IMG/VR virus record: IMGVR_UViG_3300037847_000264
Coordinates: 1 to 57,627 of that record
Reading direction: 5' to 3' (one strand)
DNA: 57,627 nt
Source: a virus
Taxonomy: Duplodnaviria; Caudoviricetes
Both the position numbers and the translations under genes were made by a program. Positions 36,968 through 45,014 of the stretch are shown in pieces. The notes beneath the pieces are model-generated. The model saw nothing but the letters and a program-made list of their open reading frames with translations, did no database searches and had not been told where the DNA came from. Numbering within the stretch: position 1 is the first letter of the stretch; the number at the start of each line of letters is the position of its first letter.

Positions 36968-37480
36968 ATGGCTGTATCATTAAAAACATATTTAAATAAA
37001 AAACTAAAAGAAAAAGGCTTAACTGTTAAAGAAGCTAAAAAGAATGCTGGTAAATATAAGAGTATTGCTGCAGCCAAAAAAGCTGGGTCATTATATTACA
37101 CTAATAAAGAAGGTAAAGTAATGGCAGCTGTCTATGCAGAAGATCTAAAGAAAGCGTCTGTAAGACCTAAAGTTAGACCGAAAAAAGTTCCTGACAAAGC
37201 TCAAGGTCCAACTAAAGGAAGTGTAATGACACTTGATGAACAGATGGAAGTGATGGATGCTAATAGAACAACAAGACTTAGCAAACAACTACCTATGAGT
37301 ACTGCAGGAATTAGAAAGATGGTTCTTAGATCTTTGATGGAAGTTCCAGAAAATCAAAGTCAATCTTCTAGATTTAATGCTTGGTTTAAACAAAATCAAG
37401 CTAAGTATAAAAAAGAAGATGGTAGCTACAACTTATCTAAAGCTGTAAAAGATTTTTCTCTACTAACTAAAAGACGGTAA
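36968..37480 (+). CDS. Basic hypothetical protein
   Basis: 170 aa, Lys-rich. Confidence 0.65.
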   Translation: MAVSLKTYLNKKLKEKGLTVKEAKKNAGKYKSIAAAKKAGSLYYTNKEGKVMAAVYAEDLKKASVRPKVRPKKVPDKAQGPTKGSVMTLDEQMEVMDANRTTRLSKQLPMSTAGIRKMVLRSLMEVPENQSQSSRFNAWFKQNQAKYKKEDGSYNLSKAVKDFSLLTKRR

Positions 37481-37485
37481 CATAT

Positions 37486-37851
37486 ATGGCAAACCCTGCT
37501 ACAGCTAAATACTTTACAAAAGCAAAGAACCTTTCAGCAACATCAGGTGGTGCAAGTGGTGATGTAGTGTATACATGTCCAAACAATCATGTGGCACTTA
37601 TTACTTTTTTGCATGTATCGAATGGAGCTACAAGTGCAAAGAAGTATAGCATACAGTGGTATGAACTTGCTACAACTACCTACCACAGTGTTGTAGACGA
37701 AGTAAGTTTAGCAGCAAGTACAAATGAAAATGTACTACAAGGTGGTGCATATCTTGCATTAGCTGCAGGTGATAAGATTATAGGATTTGAAGAAAGTAGT
37801 TCTGACTTCCACGTAACTCTGTCAGGTGCTGAGTATTACCAGCCGACATAA
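37486..37851 (+). CDS. Small beta-rich structural protein, paralogue of 57293-57604
   Basis: VVYTCP...LHVSN resembles TIYTVP...CNIAN. Confidence 0.6.
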   Translation: MANPATAKYFTKAKNLSATSGGASGDVVYTCPNNHVALITFLHVSNGATSAKKYSIQWYELATTTYHSVVDEVSLAASTNENVLQGGAYLALAAGDKIIGFEESSSDFHVTLSGAEYYQPT

Positions 37852-37856
37852 CGGGG

Positions 37857-37887
37857 TTGCAATATTATCTATAGTATGTTATAACTA
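37857..37887 (+). promoter_or_regulatory. Promoter TTGCAA-N17-TATAAC(TA)
   Basis: Same -10 element as other phage promoters; upstream of DUF1127 gene. Confidence 0.6.
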
Positions 37888-37930
37888 TATGTGTAAAACT
37901 ACTCCTGCACAAATAAAAAGGAGTAGTGCA

Positions 37931-38092
37931 ATGAAAAAATGGTTAAAAGCTTTAGGTAAAGCTATTCAAGAAAATCAACAAAAACGTGCAGATTATAGAA
38001 TACTGCAGATGTTAAGTGACAAAGATCTGAATGACCTTGGTATAGGAAGGTCACAAATAAAAGAAGTAATTTATGGCGAGAAACCTCACTGA
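37931..38092 (+). CDS. DUF1127 (YjiS-like) small protein, 53 aa
   Basis: R..YR.LQMLSDKDLNDLGIGRSQI signature; AGGAG RBS. Confidence 0.85.
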   Translation: MKKWLKALGKAIQENQQKRADYRILQMLSDKDLNDLGIGRSQIKEVIYGEKPH

Positions 38093-38438
38093 AAAACAAC
38101 AAGCATTTATAGATGCATTGTTTAATGAAGCTGAAGGCAACCCTGTTATGGCATTGAAAATGGCAGGGTATGCCGAAGGCACATCTACAACTACGGTTAT
38201 GGCTCCTCTTAAAGAAGAGATAGCTGAACGTACCCGTGATTTTATAGCAACTCGTGGACCTCAAGCTGTTTGGTCTATGATGCAGGTTATGAGATCCCCC
38301 ACCGACTTGGGCAATAAAGAGAAGATGGCAGCAGCTAAAGACTTTCTTGATAGAGCTGGCTTTGTAAAAACAGAAAAAGTCGAAGTTAAATCAGAAAGTC
38401 CTTTGTTTATCCTGCCTCCAAAAGCAGATGAAAACTAA
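38073..38438 (+). CDS. terS: Terminase small subunit
   Basis: NLTEKQQAFI...ALKMAGY HTH; AAKDFLDRAG; upstream of TerL. Confidence 0.7.
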   Translation: MARNLTEKQQAFIDALFNEAEGNPVMALKMAGYAEGTSTTTVMAPLKEEIAERTRDFIATRGPQAVWSMMQVMRSPTDLGNKEKMAAAKDFLDRAGFVKTEKVEVKSESPLFILPPKADEN

Positions 38439-38850
38439 GACTTGGAAATTACCTAAGCCTGAAAAAGTAGACGGTGAATGGAAATGGGAACCAATAGTTA
38501 GAGTTGGAAGATTTATACCATTTGGGTATAGACAAGACTCAGATGATTGTGATATACTACAACCAATTCCAGAAGAGCTAGAGCTTTTTGAACAGGCTAA
38601 AAAACATTTAAAACAGTATAGCTACAGAGAAGTAGCTGCTTGGTTAAGTGAAACTTCTGGTAGATACCTTTCACATGTAGGTCTATATAAGAGAGTTAAA
38701 CTTGAACACAAGCGTAAGAAAGAGGCTTCAGTCCAACGTTTCTATGCCGAAAGGTACAAAGAGGCAGCAGAAAAAGCGGAAAAGCTTGAAGCCCAAAGAC
38801 TCGGTGCAAGAACCAGAGTTGACTCCAGTCACTCCGAAGTACACGCCTAG
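38428..38850 (+). CDS. DNA-binding protein (recombinase-type HTH)
   Basis: GRFIPFGY...PIPEE...YSYREVAAWL...LSHVGL. Confidence 0.6.
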   Translation: MKTKTWKLPKPEKVDGEWKWEPIVRVGRFIPFGYRQDSDDCDILQPIPEELELFEQAKKHLKQYSYREVAAWLSETSGRYLSHVGLYKRVKLEHKRKKEASVQRFYAERYKEAAEKAEKLEAQRLGARTRVDSSHSEVHA

Positions 38851-40261
38851 TATTGAAGAACAGGTACAAAGAGAAGTAATCTTTGAACCAAACCCTGGCC
38901 CACAAACAGACTTCTTAGCTTCAACAGAACAAGAAGTTTTATACGGGGGTTCTGCAGGTGGTGGTAAATCATATGCGATGGTTGCCGACCCTGTAAGATA
39001 TTTAAATAATCCAAATGCTCGAATGCTTCTGGTACGTAGAAGTACTGAAGAGCTTAGGGAACTTATCTCTGTCTCTAAACAGTTATATCCCAAAGCAATT
39101 CCTGGTATCAAGTTTATGGAACGAGATAAGACTTGGGTAGCCCCTAGCGGAGCTACACTCTGGATGTCGTACCTTGACCGTGACGATGATGTTATGAGAT
39201 ACCAAGGTCAGGCATTTAACTGGATTGGTTTCGACGAATTAACGCAATGGCCTACACCCTATCCTTGGAATTATATGAGGTCACGTCTTCGTACAACCAA
39301 AGCTAGTGGGCTACCTTTATATATGAGAGCTACTAGTAACCCAGGTGGTCCTGGCCACCAGTGGGTAAAGAAAACATTTATAGATCCTAGTACACCTAAT
39401 GAAGATTTTTGGGCAACAGATACAGACAGTGGTGAAGTCATCTCTTGGCCGAAAGGACATTCAAGAGAGGGTGAGCCATTATTTAAACGTAGGTTTATAC
39501 CTGCTACCTTATTCGATAATCCTTACTTAGCTGAGGATGGAATGTATGAAGCAAACTTGCTTTCACTTCCAGAACATCAACGTAGGCAGCTATTAGAAGG
39601 TGATTGGGATATTAACGAGGGGGCAGCATTTCCTGAGTTTAACCGTAACATACATGTGGTAGAACCGTATGATATACCAAAAAGCTGGGTTAGGTTTAGA
39701 GCTTGCGACTATGGTTATGGTTCTTATACTGGTGTTGTATGGTTTACTATTACCCCAGCAGAACAGTTGGTTGTATACAGAGAGTTATATGTTTCAAAGG
39801 TTACAGCTACAGATTTAGCTGATATGATACTTGAAATAGAAGACGGAGAAAAAATACGCTATGGGGTTTTAGACTCTAGTCTTTGGCACAATCGTGGTGA
39901 TACTGGTCCTTCACTGGCGGAACAAATGATAATGAAGGGTTGTAGATGGAGACCCTCTGACAGATCTAAGGGTTCTCGTGTCGCAGGTAAAAACGAATTA
40001 CATAGAAGATTACAGGTAGATGAATTTACAGAAGAACCTAGATTAATCTTTTTTAACAACTGTACTAACATTATTTCACAACTACCTGCTATACCACTAG
40101 ATAAAAATAATCCAGAAGATGTGGATACAAAAGCAGAAGATCACTTGTATGATGCTTTACGATATGGTATAATGACTAGACCACGTAGTAGTATATTTGA
40201 TTTTGATGCTAGTACTCAAAGATCTGGATTTCAAATATCAGATTCAACGTTTGGTTATTAA
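38702..40261 (+). CDS. terL: Terminase large subunit (exact start uncertain)
   Basis: PGPQ..FL, YGGSAGGGKS Walker A, GFDELTQ Walker B, ATSNPGGPGH, RuvC-like DYGY...DHLYDALRY. Confidence 0.92.
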   Translation: MNTSVRKRLQSNVSMPKGTKRQQKKRKSLKPKDSVQEPELTPVTPKYTPSIEEQVQREVIFEPNPGPQTDFLASTEQEVLYGGSAGGGKSYAMVADPVRYLNNPNARMLLVRRSTEELRELISVSKQLYPKAIPGIKFMERDKTWVAPSGATLWMSYLDRDDDVMRYQGQAFNWIGFDELTQWPTPYPWNYMRSRLRTTKASGLPLYMRATSNPGGPGHQWVKKTFIDPSTPNEDFWATDTDSGEVISWPKGHSREGEPLFKRRFIPATLFDNPYLAEDGMYEANLLSLPEHQRRQLLEGDWDINEGAAFPEFNRNIHVVEPYDIPKSWVRFRACDYGYGSYTGVVWFTITPAEQLVVYRELYVSKVTATDLADMILEIEDGEKIRYGVLDSSLWHNRGDTGPSLAEQMIMKGCRWRPSDRSKGSRVAGKNELHRRLQVDEFTEEPRLIFFNNCTNIISQLPAIPLDKNNPEDVDTKAEDHLYDALRYGIMTRPRSSIFDFDASTQRSGFQISDSTFGY

Positions 40262-40270
40262 GGAATTAAT

Positions 40271-42388
40271 ATGGAAGAAGATAAAATCCTAGAAAACGAA
40301 ATGATGATGGATGCTGAAACGGCATCATCAATAGACGATGTAGATAAGGATTTGTTTCATGATCCGCAATCTGGTCAGATTGTTCAGTTTGTTAAAGAAA
40401 AGTATAGTAAGGCTAATACGGCTAGGCAACTGGATGAAGAACGTTGGATTCAAGCTTACCGTAATTATCGTGGTATATATGGACCAGATGTACAGTTTAC
40501 TTCTACAGAGAGATCTCAAGTCTTTGTTAAAGTTACTAAGACGAAAGTACTAGCAGCTTATGGTCAGATAGCTGATGTATTGTTTGGTGGTAACAAGTTT
40601 CCAATTACCATTGACCCTACTAAACTTCCTGAAGGTATTGAAGAGGTAGTAAACTTTGAAACTAATCCACAGATTAGAAAAGCTGTAGCTGAACAACCAG
40701 AAGCTATGGAAGAACTACTTCCAGGAGAAACACACCAAGAGTTTACAGAACGTCTTGGTTCTATGAGAAAAAAGTTAGAACCTGTTCTAGATGATATAGA
40801 ATCTGGATTTAATGGTAGTGCTACTGCAGCTAACTTTTATCCTGCAGAAGTTGCTGCTAAAAAGATGGAAAAGAAAATCCATGATCAGCTAGAAGAATCT
40901 CATGCAAAGAAACACCTTCGTGCTGCAGCTTTTGAAGCTGCCCTGTTTGGTACAGGTATCATGAAAGGGCCGTTTGCAATAGATAAAGAATACCCTAATT
41001 GGAATGATCAGGGTGAATACTCTCCAGTATTTAAAACAATTCCACAAACATCGTCTGTATCTATCTGGAACTTTTATCCAGACCCTGATGCAGCTACGAT
41101 GGAAGAAGCAGAGTATGTATTAGAGCGTCATAAGATGTCACGCTCTCAATTACGTAGTTTAAAAAATCGTCCTTACTTTCGTAAGAATGCGATTGACCAT
41201 GCACTAACTCTTGGTGAAAATTATAACAAAGAGTGGTGGGAACATATTATGGAAGACAACACCGAACAGGATCAAGCAGATCGTTTTGAGGTCTTAGAGT
41301 TCTGGGGTTTTGTTGATACAGATATTGTTAAAGATCAGGGTGTAGAAATTCCAGCAGAGTTAGCAGACTCTGAACAACTTAGTATGAATGTCTGGGTATG
41401 TAATGGACAAGTAATTCGTTTAGTAATGAATCCATTTACTCCTGCATATATTCCATACTTTGCTGCACCTTATGAAATGAATCCTTACAGTGTTTTTGGT
41501 ATAGGTATCGCAGAAAATATGGATGATACCCAAACACTTATGAATGGCTTTATGCGTATGGCAGTTGATAACGCTGCCCTATCTGGTAACTTGCTAATTG
41601 AGATAGACGAGACTAATCTCGTCCCAGGGCAAGACCTCTCCGTGTATCCAGGCAAAGTGTTTAGGAGACAGGGAGGGGCGCCTGGTCAGGCTATCTTCGG
41701 AACTAAATTTCCTAACGTATCTAACGAGAACATGCAGATGTTCGATAAGGCAAGGGTATTAGCCGATGAATCAACTGGATTTCCATCTTTCGCTCATGGT
41801 CAAACAGGCGTACAAGGCGTGGGCCGTACTGCTTCTGGCATTAGTATGCTCATGTCTGCTGCCAACGGCTCTATCCGTAATGTAGTTAAAAACGTAGATG
41901 ACTATTTACTAGCACCACTAGGTAAAGCATTCTTTAACTTTAACATGCAGTTTGACTTCGACGATGAGATCAAAGGAGATCTTGAAGTCAAAGCTCGTGG
42001 TACAGAAAGCTTGATGGCTAACGAAGTACGTAGCCAACGCCTAATGCAATTTATGCAGGTCGTATCCAACCCAGCGCTTGCACCGTTTGCTAGGATGGAT
42101 TATATTGTTCGTGAGATTGCTAAGTCTATGGATCTTGATCCAGATAAAGTTGGTAACAATATGTCAGAAGCAGCTATACAAGCTGAGATACTAAAACAAT
42201 TTCAAGCAGCAAATCCACCTGAACCACAGCCAGGTCCACCTCAAGAAGGCGCACAGGGCGCTCCTGCTGGCGCACAGGTGCAAGATACCAGTGGCGCAGG
42301 GGGAGGTACTATAGGAACAGGAACAGCACCTCAGCCAGGAGAACAGGGCTTTTCAGGCAATACTGGTGAAGAACCTACAGTACAATGA
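40271..42388 (+). CDS. Portal protein
   Basis: 705 aa after TerL; FGTGIMKGP, FYPDP, GIGIAE, RTASGISML. Confidence 0.85.
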   Translation: MEEDKILENEMMMDAETASSIDDVDKDLFHDPQSGQIVQFVKEKYSKANTARQLDEERWIQAYRNYRGIYGPDVQFTSTERSQVFVKVTKTKVLAAYGQIADVLFGGNKFPITIDPTKLPEGIEEVVNFETNPQIRKAVAEQPEAMEELLPGETHQEFTERLGSMRKKLEPVLDDIESGFNGSATAANFYPAEVAAKKMEKKIHDQLEESHAKKHLRAAAFEAALFGTGIMKGPFAIDKEYPNWNDQGEYSPVFKTIPQTSSVSIWNFYPDPDAATMEEAEYVLERHKMSRSQLRSLKNRPYFRKNAIDHALTLGENYNKEWWEHIMEDNTEQDQADRFEVLEFWGFVDTDIVKDQGVEIPAELADSEQLSMNVWVCNGQVIRLVMNPFTPAYIPYFAAPYEMNPYSVFGIGIAENMDDTQTLMNGFMRMAVDNAALSGNLLIEIDETNLVPGQDLSVYPGKVFRRQGGAPGQAIFGTKFPNVSNENMQMFDKARVLADESTGFPSFAHGQTGVQGVGRTASGISMLMSAANGSIRNVVKNVDDYLLAPLGKAFFNFNMQFDFDDEIKGDLEVKARGTESLMANEVRSQRLMQFMQVVSNPALAPFARMDYIVREIAKSMDLDPDKVGNNMSEAAIQAEILKQFQAANPPEPQPGPPQEGAQGAPAGAQVQDTSGAGGGTIGTGTAPQPGEQGFSGNTGEEPTVQ

Positions 42389-42591
42389 AGCTAGTCGTGA
42401 ATAATACATTAAAACCTTTTGTAAACAATCCAGAATTTTATACCCCTTATATAGAGGAGATAGCTGAACGGATTGCATTTACTCATGTTGCTCTAGAACA
42501 ATCTAGAGAGTTAGATGAAATCTACAGACTACAGGGTGAGATACGTGCATTACGTAGTCTGTTAAAACTACGAGAAAAAATAAATGCCTGA
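42385..42591 (+). CDS. Small post-portal protein
   Basis: IYRLQGEIRALR.L..LRE. Confidence 0.65.
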   Translation: MKLVVNNTLKPFVNNPEFYTPYIEEIAERIAFTHVALEQSRELDEIYRLQGEIRALRSLLKLREKINA

Positions 42592-45013
42592 GTTTACGGA
42601 TCGTGATCGTTCTATTATAAGAAATGCTATTAACCTTGAGTGGTTTTTAAGTGCAATAGATAAACGTAATCCTGAACACGAAGAAGAAGGTGCAGCTCAT
42701 ACTGAAAGTTATGAGTATAATGGTATGAATATACTAGTACCAAGAGTTCGTATAGTAGATGGCAAAGCTGTTTTAAATGAAGATCCTGTAGAAGAGTCTG
42801 TAAAGAGGGGAGACTTTCTTGTTGTACCCAAAGGAGAAGATCCAGATCAGTATTCTCAAGATCTAAGTAAGGTAATAGGTAAGTTTAGGTACGGATACTC
42901 TAGTGGTGGACTTTCTTTAGATAGTATACCATTTTTTAAAAGGCCAATAGGTGCTAGTAAAAATGATCAGATTGTAGGTTACGTTGACGGTGATAAACGT
43001 TTTCCTATTTATCAAAGTGCAACTGGTGGTCAGTATACTATAAATTTAGCTGAAGACCAAAGAACTGGAATGCAGCAATTTAAACAGGATACCTTACCTG
43101 TTATAAAAAATTGGATTAAAAACCCAACTGCACCCTCATTAGATCAGATAAAAGAAATGGGTAAAGCCATTGCAAGTTCTGTATATGAAACAGCTAGTAT
43201 ACCTGCAGATTTACTAACGGGTAAAAAGTCTGCTATGGATGTAACCTATCAAGATGTGGCTGATATTGCTACAGGTGTAGGAACCGCATCAGCAACCTTT
43301 GAAGTTCCTGAAGGTGCGTTAAGAGTCTTTGGTGGCGTTGGTGCTAAGAAGACTAAAAACTTTAAAGAAGCTCAATCATTTCTGCAAGATGAAATGAAGA
43401 AAATAAATCCTAACAACCCTGATCAATTTTATTGGGCAAACTATAGAACATGGAAAAAGACTGGTTGGTATATTGATCCTGCAGATAAACAGTGGCGTTT
43501 TGAAATTGACGACTCAGCTTCAAAACCTACCCTTGAAAATTTACAGATGACAACATATGAGTTGTTAGAACAAACTTCACTTGGCAAAAGTAATAATGTA
43601 GAAACTACTTTATCTCAAATATTTAAACACGATAAGTTATATAAACAATACCCACACTTAAAAGATATGAAAGTAGTTTTATATAATGACCCTAATAGTT
43701 CGACACTAGGTTCTAAAATTGTTGGTGAAAATACTATAACAGTAAATCTTGACGCTCATAGATATGATTTTGTAGAACAAAAAACTCGTGCAGGTGGGCT
43801 AGAAAATGATACAGCTCAAGGTAACTTAGCTAGAACTATACTACACGAAATTCAACATGCTGTACAAGAGTATGAAGGATTTACAAAAGGTGCTAATCAA
43901 GCTAACATTCCAGATGAATTACTGGCCAATACAGCTTATAACTTAGGTAATATTTACAACAAAGCTGATGCTTCTTTTAATGATAGTGTTGCAAAAATTA
44001 ATGATATAATGACTAGCCTTCCAAAAATTCCTGGAGTAGAATTTAACATAGCAGGTTATTTTCCTAGAGGTTATAATCAATTAGACATAGGTTATAACGG
44101 AGAAAGAGCAAGAAAACAATTTCAGGATATGGTTAAAATACATAATATCCCAGAAGGGTCTCCTTCTTATAAGGCTATTAAAAAAGAAGTAGAAAATATA
44201 ATAAAAGCAGTAACTGATAGAAGAGCTGCTGAACGATTACAAAGCAAAATGGAAACTGAGTTTTACATGGGTGCTGGGGGAGAGATAGAATCTCGACTTG
44301 TTGAAGATAGGTATTTATTTACAGAAGCAGATCGTGCAGAAAGTTTTCCTGTAAAAGCCCGAGAAACAATGTTAAAGTCTGAAGTAGACAAAGGTGAAAT
44401 AGAAGACACATCTACTTTCGCAGGTCAAAAAGGTGTTGACCCGTATCAACCCAGAAGAGTTTTTGAAGGTGAGGGTATCGGTCAGAGAGATATAATGTTA
44501 GACTTAAGTTGGAGAGATTTTAGACGACCTAAAGATTCTCAAGGTAAGCTTGTTAGAAATACTCAAAAGGCAGCATGGGGTAAACTAAGAAGTATCTTTA
44601 AAGATGACCCACGACTTAATTTTATATTAGATCCTAAAAATAAAGGTAAAAAATTTGAATACAAAGGCAATACTTACATACTAAAAGACTTAGTAGATGG
44701 TGAGTATGCAAAAGAAGGTTTACCTAAAGATAAAGGTGTTTTTACTTTAGATCATTTACAAAGAAACCCATATAGTAAAAATGCATCGGAAAAATATGTA
44801 CAGATTCCAGAGATAGTAGCAGAAAGAACTGATGGTCAAACTGCTAGAATAGGTTTACATCATTTTGTAGATGATACTCAAAAATATGCAGATGTAAAAA
44901 TAAAATCTGATGATGATGATAGTATCTTTGGGGCTATAAAGAAAACATTCGGATTTGCCGAAGGTGGGGCAGTAGATAAACAAATGGACGAATTATTCGC
45001 AGGGAGTATATAA
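42584..45013 (+). CDS. Polyvalent protein: LPD23-like domain plus zincin metallopeptidase
   Basis: TGWY...DKQWRFEIDD; TILHEIQHAVQEYEGF; GEIESR. Confidence 0.7.
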   Translation: MPEFTDRDRSIIRNAINLEWFLSAIDKRNPEHEEEGAAHTESYEYNGMNILVPRVRIVDGKAVLNEDPVEESVKRGDFLVVPKGEDPDQYSQDLSKVIGKFRYGYSSGGLSLDSIPFFKRPIGASKNDQIVGYVDGDKRFPIYQSATGGQYTINLAEDQRTGMQQFKQDTLPVIKNWIKNPTAPSLDQIKEMGKAIASSVYETASIPADLLTGKKSAMDVTYQDVADIATGVGTASATFEVPEGALRVFGGVGAKKTKNFKEAQSFLQDEMKKINPNNPDQFYWANYRTWKKTGWYIDPADKQWRFEIDDSASKPTLENLQMTTYELLEQTSLGKSNNVETTLSQIFKHDKLYKQYPHLKDMKVVLYNDPNSSTLGSKIVGENTITVNLDAHRYDFVEQKTRAGGLENDTAQGNLARTILHEIQHAVQEYEGFTKGANQANIPDELLANTAYNLGNIYNKADASFNDSVAKINDIMTSLPKIPGVEFNIAGYFPRGYNQLDIGYNGERARKQFQDMVKIHNIPEGSPSYKAIKKEVENIIKAVTDRRAAERLQSKMETEFYMGAGGEIESRLVEDRYLFTEADRAESFPVKARETMLKSEVDKGEIEDTSTFAGQKGVDPYQPRRVFEGEGIGQRDIMLDLSWRDFRRPKDSQGKLVRNTQKAAWGKLRSIFKDDPRLNFILDPKNKGKKFEYKGNTYILKDLVDGEYAKEGLPKDKGVFTLDHLQRNPYSKNASEKYVQIPEIVAERTDGQTARIGLHHFVDDTQKYADVKIKSDDDDSIFGAIKKTFGFAEGGAVDKQMDELFAGSI

Positions 45014-45014
45014 C

